In this document: positions 24,042-31,989 of the stretch, in pieces
Position numbering within the stretch: position 1 is the stretch's first letter
How the letters are laid out: every line of letters begins with the position of its first letter
Source of the DNA: Nostoc sp. PCC 7120 = FACHB-418
Lineage (GTDB): Bacteria; Cyanobacteriota; Cyanobacteriia; Cyanobacteriales; Nostocaceae
Reading direction: 5' to 3'
DNA: 32,000 nucleotides
Assembly: GCF_000009705.1 (NCBI RefSeq)
Contig: NC_003272.1
Location: 3,960,001-3,992,000 of the forward strand
Notes under the pieces: generated by a model
Seen by the model: only the letters and a program-made list of their open reading frames with translations
Databases searched by the model: none
What the model was told of the DNA's origin: nothing
Program-made: the position numbers and the translations under genes

Positions 24042-25021
24042 TTTTGTTGTGGGGACTTCCTGAGGATTCACCTTTAGCCGCCGTGTATTCAGAATTGATA
24101 AGTCTAGGCATTCCCACCATACTGCTGAACCAACGAGATATTTTAGCAACAGAAATTGAATTATTTGTGGGGGAATCAGTGCAAGGTGTCCTTCGGACTC
24201 CACAGCAAACAATTGACCTGAGTGCAGTCACGGCTGCTTACATTCGCCCCTACGACTCGCGTCGCCTACCCCAAATAGAACAAGCTGGTATAAATAGTTT
24301 AGCTTGGCAGCAGGCGATCGCGATCGATGATACTTTATTATGTTGGTCGGAAATTACCCCAGCCTTGGTAATTAACCGTCCCGCCGCGATGGCTCCTAAC
24401 GGTTCCAAACCCTACCAACTAGAGCAGATTCGTCAGTTAGGCTTTCGGATTCCGGACACTTTAGTGACTACAGACCCCAACGCTGTGCAAGCTTTTTGGC
24501 AACAACATGGCAATATTATTTACAAATCCATCAGTGGTATTCGCAGTAAAGTATCCCGCCTCAACCCAGAACATCTAGAACGGCTTGCCAATGTATCCTG
24601 GTGTCCGACTCAGTTCCAGCAGTATATCCCAGGTAAAGATTATCGAGTTCATGTAGTAGGTACAGAAGTTTTTGCTAGTGAAGTGATTTCCTCAGCCGAT
24701 GATTACCGTTATGTAGCCCAAGATGAAGAGTCTACAGCTATCCGCGCTTGTGAAATTCCCCAAGAGGTAGAAGCAAAATGTCAGATATTGGCTCAAGCCA
24801 TCAACTTACCCCTTTGCGGTATAGATTTACGCCAAACACCAGACGGTGCATGGTACTGCTTTGAAGTCAATCCTTCTCCTGGGTTTACCTACTATGAATA
24901 TGCTACCAGTCAACCGATTAGTAGAGCGATCGCTCATTTACTCGCAGCAGGTAAAATAGATACGGCAATTACTGAAACGCACGGGAGCAAATTACCAAAA
25001 ATTAGCGTCAGTAACACTTAA
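24035..25021 (+). CDS. ATP-grasp ligase of the microviridin-maturase type (MvdD/MdnC-like)
   Basis: 328 aa. The motif order is a pre-ATP-grasp N-domain, then KPYQLEQIRQLGFRIPDTLVTTDP, IIYKSISG (ATP-binding Lys region) and CPTQFQQYIPGKDYRVHVVGTEVFASEV. These are followed by DDYRY and CGIDLRQTPDGAWYCFEVNPSPGFTYYE (Mg/ATP E-x-N site). As I recall it, this matches MdnC/MvdD-family macrocyclases better than RimK. Confidence 0.75.
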   Translation: MLILLWGLPEDSPLAAVYSELISLGIPTILLNQRDILATEIELFVGESVQGVLRTPQQTIDLSAVTAAYIRPYDSRRLPQIEQAGINSLAWQQAIAIDDTLLCWSEITPALVINRPAAMAPNGSKPYQLEQIRQLGFRIPDTLVTTDPNAVQAFWQQHGNIIYKSISGIRSKVSRLNPEHLERLANVSWCPTQFQQYIPGKDYRVHVVGTEVFASEVISSADDYRYVAQDEESTAIRACEIPQEVEAKCQILAQAINLPLCGIDLRQTPDGAWYCFEVNPSPGFTYYEYATSQPISRAIAHLLAAGKIDTAITETHGSKLPKISVSNT

Positions 25022-25043
25022 AAACCATCCAGATGTAACCCCG

Positions 25044-26426
25044 ATGCTCAAAGGTTTGAGAAGCCAACTACCACTGCTGTTAACATTCTGCTTATTTACA
25101 AGTCTGCTACCTGCTTCTGGCTCAGTTTTATGTTCTGCTGTTGCCTATGAGAGATATGAAACAGCAGGTAGTAAAGGTACTGATGGGCGGAAGGGTAGAA
25201 ATGGCCGTGATGGTGACAATCAAACTATCTTTGTTGATGGTTCACCAGTAAATCTTGACCTATCTGGTGAAGATGGTGAAGACGGTGAAGATGGCGAACG
25301 AGGTGACAGACCTGATTGCAGGAAGCAACCCAACAACCCCAACCATGACCTTCATGCAGGTAATGGTGGTGCAGGTGGGAACGGCGGTAACGGTGGGAAT
25401 GGCGGTAACGGCGGTTTACTGACTGTTTACTACGCAAATTCGGCTGACTTGCGAAAAATTTTCGTGCGTGCAACTCCTGGAGACGGTGGGCGAGGCGGTC
25501 GGGGTGGTAATGGTACAGTCGGTTGTAATTGTCGGCGACGCTATTGGGAGATAGAAACCTGTAAAGGTACTCCGGGTACTGCTGATTATAAATGTACAAA
25601 AAAACGTTACAGGTGTTACGACGGCAAAGATGGGCGTGATGGTAGCGACGGACAGAATGGTGAAAGAGGGCGTTTAGGAATTCTCAGTATTGTTAATAGC
25701 AAAGAACCCTTAGTCGCTGACACTCCCACCTTGACAGTGAATTTGGCTGAAATTGCGGGGAAAAAGTTAAATCTATCGAAGAACAAATGGAATCTGCGAC
25801 CAGGGGCAACTTCTTTACTTTCGCCTGGTTCTGTGATTGGCGATGAGTACCGAGAATTTGCCCAGCGTTTAGAAGAATCTTTTCAAATAGTCTGGCAGGA
25901 GAAACAACCCATCAGTAGTTTTGCTAATCAAAGCCTGACTGTAAGTTTGAATGATGATAAGCAAGTAGAAGTCAATTTTCCTGAAGATTTATGGCTTGCT
26001 GGTAGCACCAGTAGCCAGGCTAACTTAACAACATTTACTGTCGACCATGCTATTCCCAAACAAGATGTAACGCGGTTAGCTGTGGCGGAATTTGCCGATG
26101 CGGGAGAAAAGCTGAACTTAAAAATAGTTGATTTAGCTGCGAAATCTGATGCGCTTCAGACTCAGTTTCGCGTCAAATTCCGGACAAAAGATAATTCCGG
26201 TGGCTTCTCTGACTACAAAACTGTATATGAAGGTGATATCCCCAAGGAACTTGTCAACCGTGACTATAACCGTTTTACTTTGGCTTTAGGTAAGTTAAAA
26301 ATTCCATCTGATGCCCTAAGTCCTGGCGTAAATGTTGACATTGAAATATTAGCTACCCGTTCTTTGGGAGGACGTTCTGCCAAGCAGACTATTAATTGGC
26401 AGGGGTCAATTCGTCGAGGAATATAA
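25044..26426 (+). CDS. Secreted 460-aa protein with interrupted collagen-like G-X-Y runs, a (GNG)n tract, a Cys-rich segment and a ~240-aa C-terminal domain
   Basis: Signal peptide MLKGLRSQLPLLLTFCLFTSLLPASG. The G-X-Y runs are GSKGTDGRKGRNGRDGDN, GEDGEDGEDGERGDR and GKDGRDGSDGQNGERGRLG. It also carries GNGGAGGNGGNGGNGGNGG and a CNC...C...C...C cluster. It starts 22 nt after the ATP-grasp gene. Confidence 0.8.
   Translation: MLKGLRSQLPLLLTFCLFTSLLPASGSVLCSAVAYERYETAGSKGTDGRKGRNGRDGDNQTIFVDGSPVNLDLSGEDGEDGEDGERGDRPDCRKQPNNPNHDLHAGNGGAGGNGGNGGNGGNGGLLTVYYANSADLRKIFVRATPGDGGRGGRGGNGTVGCNCRRRYWEIETCKGTPGTADYKCTKKRYRCYDGKDGRDGSDGQNGERGRLGILSIVNSKEPLVADTPTLTVNLAEIAGKKLNLSKNKWNLRPGATSLLSPGSVIGDEYREFAQRLEESFQIVWQEKQPISSFANQSLTVSLNDDKQVEVNFPEDLWLAGSTSSQANLTTFTVDHAIPKQDVTRLAVAEFADAGEKLNLKIVDLAAKSDALQTQFRVKFRTKDNSGGFSDYKTVYEGDIPKELVNRDYNRFTLALGKLKIPSDALSPGVNVDIEILATRSLGGRSAKQTINWQGSIRRGI
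25359..25415 (+). repeat. In-frame 9-nt tandem repeat (GGY AAY GGY) encoding (GNG)n
   Basis: The sequence ggtaatggtggtgcaggtgggaacggcggtaacggtgggaatggcggtaacggcggt runs from codon 106 of the 460-aa gene. Confidence 0.7.
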
Positions 26427-27091
26427 AGCGGAAAGGGATACTCCTGAAGAATAGGAAAAGGTGCAGGGGGCAGGGAGATGGGGAGAAGTTTCCCCCTGCC
26501 TCTTCCGGTCACAAGTAACAACGAAGAGGGAAAGAGGTTTTTTTCTCTCATTCGTGGTGTAAGCAAATCATATTAGATACTTGCTTCATTAAGTAATTTC
26601 CCTGAACTTTATGATTTCTTTACAGAAACAACCAAAAAAATGGCTATTCTTCACCTGAAAAACAAAGTAGCTGCTTATTAGAGGGATTACACTTAGTCTG
26701 GATAAAATTTAACCAAACCGCATTGATAAATTCTATGTACAGATAATATTACCTAACCTGTAAAATATTCATTCCTCTCCGTGTAACCTTCATTAGCTGA
26801 GGAGAAAAATCATAGATTTATCTGACCTATTTTTATGGGAAAGTCACTGGCTTTTGAAAAGAAGTCGGATAAGAATTTCGTAATCCATAAACAGGATACT
26901 ATGAAGAGTTTATATTTGTATACTGATTCTTATATTAAGGATGGTAGACTTACTGAGGTGCAACTCTTTTAGATAAATTGATTGTGGTGTTCCATTACAT
27001 AGGAAATAATTCTTATCACTACGTAAGTGTGAAGGATTGATCAGTACTGAAATTTCGTAATCTACTCATGCTCAAATACTGAGAAAATATT

Positions 27092-27355
27092 ATGAGAGAC
27101 CACTTGCATAATGAAAAAGGCAAGTTCTACTGGAAAATCCTCCTGAAATTAATGATATATGGTACCTGTTCAACAATACTATTCACGGCTAGTATCGTAA
27201 TTGTTAAATCCCTGTTTTTCTACTTTAGTTCTATCACCAAGTCTAGTTATCCTACTTCAGTTCCTTGGATAGATAGCCAGTATGAATGTGAATATACAGG
27301 TAGAACTTGGAATGAAAATCAGTGTTGGGATAAAGAACAAAGTCCTTGGTTTTAA
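27092..27355 (+). CDS. Hypothetical small membrane protein (87 aa) with a Trp/Cys/Glu-rich C-terminal tail
   Basis: ATG start and one hydrophobic helix (LMIYGTCSTILFTASIVIVKSLFFYF). The tail is SQYECEYTGRTWNENQCWDKEQSPWF. There is no clear Shine-Dalgarno sequence, the region is AT-rich, and it is convergent with the next gene. Confidence 0.35.
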   Translation: MRDHLHNEKGKFYWKILLKLMIYGTCSTILFTASIVIVKSLFFYFSSITKSSYPTSVPWIDSQYECEYTGRTWNENQCWDKEQSPWF

Positions 27356-27371
27356 ATACCTGGCTCTATAG

Positions 27372-28868
27372 TTAACTAGATTGTCGCCAATGTATTGGTA
27401 TTTCCACATTATCAGGTAAGCGAGTCGTGCGATCGCCTATGGCAATGCTAACTTGTTGAGGTTTTAAATTTTTGACTCCTGTGAGAATTGCTCCGGCTAA
27501 TTTAACATCACAAAAGTTAGTATCAGATAGGTTAGCCCCTACGAGATTGCACTGAAAAAGATTTGCTTGATAGAGGCTGGCTCTTTGTAAATTTGCTCCC
27601 ATCAAATTGGCTTTACACAAGTCTGCTTCCGTCAAACTGGCCTCCGTGAAGTCAACAAATAACATCTCCGCTTGTTGTAACTTGGCTGCATTTAAATTCG
27701 CTTCAGCAAGATTCGCCCCGTTGAGATTAGCACCTTGTAAATTTGCGCCAATGAGACCACAAAGAGATAGATTAGCTTTACCAAGTTTTGCTCCTTGTAG
27801 GTTAGCTAAGAACAGCTTTGCACCGCAAAGATTAGCCAATTTCAATATTGCGTGTTGCAAATTGACTTTATAAAGATTAGCACCAGGCAAATTCGCTGCA
27901 CGCAGACTTGCACCCATAAGATTAGCACTGCGTAAATTTGCACCACCAAGTTCTGCACGATTTAAATTTGCGCCTTGTATATTTGCTCCTTGCAAATTTG
28001 CTTTCAAGAAATTAGCCTCAAACAGAATAGAGCCAGCTAATTCTGCACCCTCAAGATTTGCTCCACTGAAATCACAACCCCGCAAATCTGCTCCGCGAAA
28101 ATCACAACCCCGCAAATCTGCTCGTTGTAAATTTGCTCCCAATAGTTCTACTCGCCTGAGATTAATATTACGCAAATCAAGTCGTTTATCTGCCTCCTCT
28201 TGTAAGTAGTTACGTCTACCAACAACCGTCAAAGCTACTTGAATATCCCTACGAATTTTTGGTGATTCCTCATGAACATTCAAGGGCAACTGTGGTGTTC
28301 GACGCTCACCTTGCTTATACCTACTCAGGGATGTTGGCTGTGATTCATCTTCCTTCTGCTCTTCTACTTCTCGAACAGCAGCATTCTCTCGAATAAAAGC
28401 TGTCAGGATTTCGATAACTGTCCAGTGTTCTTGGGGAAAATCTTGGGCAACTTTTTCTAACACATAAATTGCCCCTGTGCGGGTTTCAATTTTGTCATGT
28501 CCAAGTTGGGTAACCGCAGTCATCAGACGTTCCGAAATTAATCTATCTTCAGATAGTTTGGCATTTTGAATGCTAATTTCTAAGTTTTTTTCGGCAGCCA
28601 AAGCACTTTTACTAATGACATCTACGCGCTTGGCTGCGTAGTAAGCATTAATCATTACCCCCAATCCCAAAAAAATAATGGCAGTAATTGTTAGTGCTTG
28701 ATTTCTAGATTGTAATTTTTGTTGTATGGTCAACCCTTGAGGGTTGGAAGATGCAAATAAAATCACAGCTATAGTAACGGCAAATATCACGGTTATGCCA
28801 ATCAACCAACGCCATAATTTGTCTGTCTTATTAGCAGGCATAATCGTATAATTCCTTACCACACACAA
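27372..28868 (-). CDS. Membrane-anchored pentapeptide-repeat protein (2 TM helices, helical HEAT-like module, ~55 pentapeptide repeats)
   Basis: The A(N/D)LxG/A pentads are long and uninterrupted (ANLQRADLRGCDFRGADLRGCDFSGANLEGAELAG...). There are two N-terminal hydrophobic helices. The start may instead be ATG 28841 (MPANKTDK...). Confidence 0.85.
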   Translation of the reverse strand: MCVVRNYTIMPANKTDKLWRWLIGITVIFAVTIAVILFASSNPQGLTIQQKLQSRNQALTITAIIFLGLGVMINAYYAAKRVDVISKSALAAEKNLEISIQNAKLSEDRLISERLMTAVTQLGHDKIETRTGAIYVLEKVAQDFPQEHWTVIEILTAFIRENAAVREVEEQKEDESQPTSLSRYKQGERRTPQLPLNVHEESPKIRRDIQVALTVVGRRNYLQEEADKRLDLRNINLRRVELLGANLQRADLRGCDFRGADLRGCDFSGANLEGAELAGSILFEANFLKANLQGANIQGANLNRAELGGANLRSANLMGASLRAANLPGANLYKVNLQHAILKLANLCGAKLFLANLQGAKLGKANLSLCGLIGANLQGANLNGANLAEANLNAAKLQQAEMLFVDFTEASLTEADLCKANLMGANLQRASLYQANLFQCNLVGANLSDTNFCDVKLAGAILTGVKNLKPQQVSIAIGDRTTRLPDNVEIPIHWRQSS

Positions 28869-29087
28869 TTAATTCTCATGTGTTTTCCAGAAAATAATAC
28901 ACTATTTAAATCTAAATTTAAATATGGTACTGATTGCATTAATTGATGCGTTGATAACTAGAGGAATAGGCAATTTAAGAATTATTTAAGATTTTAGAAG
29001 TCAGAATCCCGTTGAGAATGAGAAAGTAAAAAATTTATGTCTGATTCATTCTGATATATAGATTTTAAATGGATAATTTTTACAGGA

Positions 29088-29846
29088 TTACTCTCTATTA
29101 GAAGTGTCAGCCGTAGTAAATTTTACTTCTCGTAGATTTGCCCCATCAAATATTGTCTCATTTAAAATTACTTCCTGCAAATTAGCTAAATATAAATTTG
29201 CTCCTGCCAAATTTGTCCCCGTGAGATTTGCCCCAACTAGGTTTGCAGCACTGAGGATGGAGCCAGATAAATTTGCCCCAGCTAGGTTAGCGCCAGAAAG
29301 GTTAGCGGCGGTCAAAATTGCCCCACAGAGATTGGCTTGTAATAAATTTGCCCCAGCGAGATTAACACGATAGAGATTGGCGTTTTCTAGATTGGCTTGG
29401 CTGAGATTCGCCCCCTGTATATCGATATGGCTCCAATCTAATTGTTGATTTTCTGGGTCTTGCTTTGTATCCCTTTGAACAATCACAGTTAAAGCAGCTT
29501 GAATTTCTGCACTAATTGATGATGTTAGCTGTGCGGACGAAATATTATTAACACAATTGCGGATAAAATCACTGAGAACTTCCATGATTAGCCAGTGATA
29601 TTTTGGATAATCATGGGCTATTTGCTTTAACTCATAAATGGCTTTGAGCCTGGTTTCTATTGTTTGATTGTGTTGCAGGTCTCCTATAGCTACTTGTAAG
29701 CGTTGGGTGATGCTATTTCGCCCACCGGGGGCAATCTTTTTTTGACTAGAGAAAACTATCTCATCAATGAGATTCTCTATTAAATTGTTGTGTTGTATCT
29801 TTCCTGCAACTGTACGATAAACATTAAAAATCATGGCTAACATCAT
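29088..29846 (-). CDS. Pentapeptide-repeat protein, a shorter paralogue of the preceding gene without the TM region
   Basis: The pentads include GANLSQANLENANLYRVNLAGANLLQANLCGAILTAANLSGANLAGANL... The pre-repeat module RLKAIYELKQIAHDYPKYHWLIMEVLSDFIRN...IQAALTVIVQR matches RTGAIYVLEKVAQDFPQEHWTVIEILTAFIREN...IQVALTVVGRR of the 498-aa protein. Confidence 0.85.
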   Translation of the reverse strand: MMLAMIFNVYRTVAGKIQHNNLIENLIDEIVFSSQKKIAPGGRNSITQRLQVAIGDLQHNQTIETRLKAIYELKQIAHDYPKYHWLIMEVLSDFIRNCVNNISSAQLTSSISAEIQAALTVIVQRDTKQDPENQQLDWSHIDIQGANLSQANLENANLYRVNLAGANLLQANLCGAILTAANLSGANLAGANLSGSILSAANLVGANLTGTNLAGANLYLANLQEVILNETIFDGANLREVKFTTADTSNRE

Positions 29847-30176
29847 TAAAGATAATATTTAATATCCATCATGAACGGCGGACACCAGGATAGATGAAAA
29901 AACCTGTAATTATTTCCCTAAGTTCCATGCGGGAAGATTACCCGTAGCTTGCTTCGCTAGCTGCAAAGCTTTACGGCTACTGCCACCTGCCTTTTTTAAG
30001 TTAGAAACTACCTGCTATTTTGCATATATTTTTTTTTATTTTTAATATTCGTAAATATAATTATAATTATCGAAAATACAGAACAAATGTTACTTATTCT
30101 GGCAGAAGAGATCAATTATAAAACCATCTGTTACTATAAATTAAATATGTACTAATATGTTTTTTTACTTTCATAA

Positions 30177-31358
30177 ATGCTGCAAAATTTACAGCCGCTT
30201 ACGCATAATTTAGTACTAGTTGGTGGAGGTCACACTCATGCTATTGTACTCAGAATGTTTGGCATGAAACCTCTATCTGGAGTACGTTTAACTTTAATCA
30301 CCCCAGATGTTGAAACACCATACTCTGGAATGTTACCAGGACATATTTCCGGTGTTTACAACCGTGATGAATGCCATATTAACTTGCAAAGATTAGCTAA
30401 CTTTGCTCAAGCGCAATTGTCTATTGATACAGTAGTTGACCTGGATGTGAAAAACCACAAAGTGATTTGTGCGAGCCATCAGGCGGTAGATTTCGACTTG
30501 CTGTCTATCGATATTGGCAGCACTCCAGCCACAATATCTGTATCCGGTGCAGCAGAATATGCAGTGCCGGCTAAACCAGTGTCGCAATTACTAGAACATT
30601 GGTATCAGATGCTAGATAGTGTAGTTCAAAAACCGCAAATCAAAAGGAGTATTGCGATCGCAGGCGGTGGTGCAGGTGGTGTAGAATTAGCCCTATCAAT
30701 GCAAGCGCATCTGCACCGCATCTTAAAACAAGCCCAACAACCCCTGAGTAATCTGGAAATTCATTTATTTCATCGCCAAGCCCAACTGATGTCCCATCAT
30801 CACCCATCAGTCCAACATCAAGTCAAACAAATTCTCACCAGACGCGGTGTCAAGCTTCACTTGAGGGAAACAGTTTCTCATATTGCACCATCTACCGACA
30901 ACCAAGACGAAGAACTATTAGAAATTCAATGTGAATCTGGCATCAAAGTAAACTGCCATCAAATTTTTTGGGTAACCCAAGCCTCAGCCCCCCAGTGGTT
31001 AAAAGCCACAGGGTTAGCCACTGATGAGCGAGGCTTTATTTTAGTTGAGGACACATTACAATCGCCAACACACCCAGAGGTATTTGCATCTGGTGACATC
31101 GCCACAATGATTAATCATCCCCGCCCAAAAGCAGGGGTATTTGCTGTCCGCCAAGGTAAACCCTTATTCGACAACCTCAGGCGGAAATTAACGGGACAAG
31201 CACTCAAACCTTACAAACCACAGCAACAATATTTAAGTTTAATTGGTACAGGTGACAAAAGAGCGATCGCTACCAAAGGTTGTATCACTTTACCACCCCA
31301 TCAATTATGCTGGCAATGGAAGGACTGGCTTGACCGTCGCTTTATGCAGCAATTTTGA
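30177..31358 (+). CDS. FAD-dependent pyridine-nucleotide-disulfide oxidoreductase of the type often fused or adjacent to SelD
   Basis: The dinucleotide motifs are LVLVGGGHTHA (FAD) and IAIAGGGAGGVELA (NAD(P)), and the C-terminal FAD motif is VFASGDIA. The N-terminal block PYSGMLPGHISGVY matches my recollection of the 'N-terminal-to-SelD' family. Confidence 0.7.
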   Translation: MLQNLQPLTHNLVLVGGGHTHAIVLRMFGMKPLSGVRLTLITPDVETPYSGMLPGHISGVYNRDECHINLQRLANFAQAQLSIDTVVDLDVKNHKVICASHQAVDFDLLSIDIGSTPATISVSGAAEYAVPAKPVSQLLEHWYQMLDSVVQKPQIKRSIAIAGGGAGGVELALSMQAHLHRILKQAQQPLSNLEIHLFHRQAQLMSHHHPSVQHQVKQILTRRGVKLHLRETVSHIAPSTDNQDEELLEIQCESGIKVNCHQIFWVTQASAPQWLKATGLATDERGFILVEDTLQSPTHPEVFASGDIATMINHPRPKAGVFAVRQGKPLFDNLRRKLTGQALKPYKPQQQYLSLIGTGDKRAIATKGCITLPPHQLCWQWKDWLDRRFMQQF

Positions 31359-31412
31359 TGAGAAAATTCCACAACTGACGCACCAAAGTTATCTATTAAG
31401 ACAGGGTTTAAA

Positions 31413-31718
31413 ATGGCTGATATGAGAGCCAAAATTGAAAATCAAGTTTTATTTCTGCATCATGAAGACTTACCAGAGTTTAAAAAAGGTGGTTCTGTAG
31501 TCAGAAATTCTTATTTTTGGGCGCTACGTTCAATTGCTGGTAGAGCCTCCCGTTATCGGGACTGGGAATATGAGCCAGAAGTGTGGCTAGCACTGGCGCG
31601 AATGCTGTTGTCTTTCTCCGAGTCGGGATATTTGGGTTATCGAGAAACGATATTAGAGTTTCCTTTATCCCAAGGGGAAATTCCTGATTTATTACGAGAT
31701 GTCGCTACCTGGGAATAA
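31413..31718 (+). CDS. Hypothetical protein (101 aa)
   Basis: ATG start, ordinary composition, 54 nt downstream of the oxidoreductase on the same strand. I recognise no family. Confidence 0.45.
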   Translation: MADMRAKIENQVLFLHHEDLPEFKKGGSVVRNSYFWALRSIAGRASRYRDWEYEPEVWLALARMLLSFSESGYLGYRETILEFPLSQGEIPDLLRDVATWE

Positions 31719-31736
31719 GTCAAGTCGCTTCGCTCC

Positions 31737-31989
31737 AATTCAAAATTAAAAATTCAAAATTCAAAATTAAAGACAATTAGTGGGAGCTTGTTGGCGTAGC
31801 CTTCCCGTAGGGTACTCACCACTAATTAAAGACCGCCCTTACGGATTCGCCAGTCACCTACAGAAGGAAACCTTCTTGCAGTGCTGGCTCACCAAATCAA
31901 AGATTATGGCGGGGGCTTGTACCCAGAATGAATTAATTCAAAATTATTTCCATTCTTCATTTTGAATTTTGAATTTTGCATTTTGAATT
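31737..31989. mobile_element. MITE-like element: ~31-bp terminal inverted repeats built of AATTCAA heptamers around a structured 191-bp GC-richer core
   Basis: The left arm is aattcaaaattaaaaattcaaaattcaaaat (31737-31767). The reverse complement of the right arm (31959-31989) is aattcaaaatgcaaaattcaaaattcaaaat, identical at 29 of 31 positions. The core contains further hairpins (ttagtgg..ccactaa; cagaagg aaa ccttct). ORF 31780-31965 lies entirely inside it. Confidence 0.55.

Noticed and set aside
26463-26499. Hairpin GCAGGGGG-21 nt-CCCCCTGC just after the 460-aa gene as an intrinsic terminator
   Set aside because: The loop is long and no U-tract follows. It looks more like another GC-rich dispersed-repeat patch. 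I cannot decide without transcript 3'-end data.
21665-26566. Antisense or out-of-frame ORFs 21665-21973, 22899-23138, 23938-24231, 24006-24212, 25225-25599 and 26264-26566
   Set aside because: The first five are nested opposite acsF or the ATP-grasp operon genes. The last spans the 3' end of the 460-aa gene and a GC-rich hairpin patch. None has independent support.
27607-29373. Plus-strand ORFs 27607-27873 and 29104-29373 with (K/R)FAP repeats
   Set aside because: They are mirror-frame artefacts. The reverse complement of A-N-L-x-G pentapeptide codons is itself open and periodic, so it gives KFAP/RFAP repeats.
30393-31425. ORFs 30393-30587 (-) and 31243-31425 (+)
   Set aside because: They are nested in, or overlap the 3' end of, the flavoprotein gene in other frames. 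They have no support.
31780-31965. 61-aa ORF between the heptamer arms
   Set aside because: It lies wholly inside the inverted-repeat-flanked structured element, opens at a GTG codon (31780) without a ribosome-binding site, and its sequence resembles translated repeat DNA.
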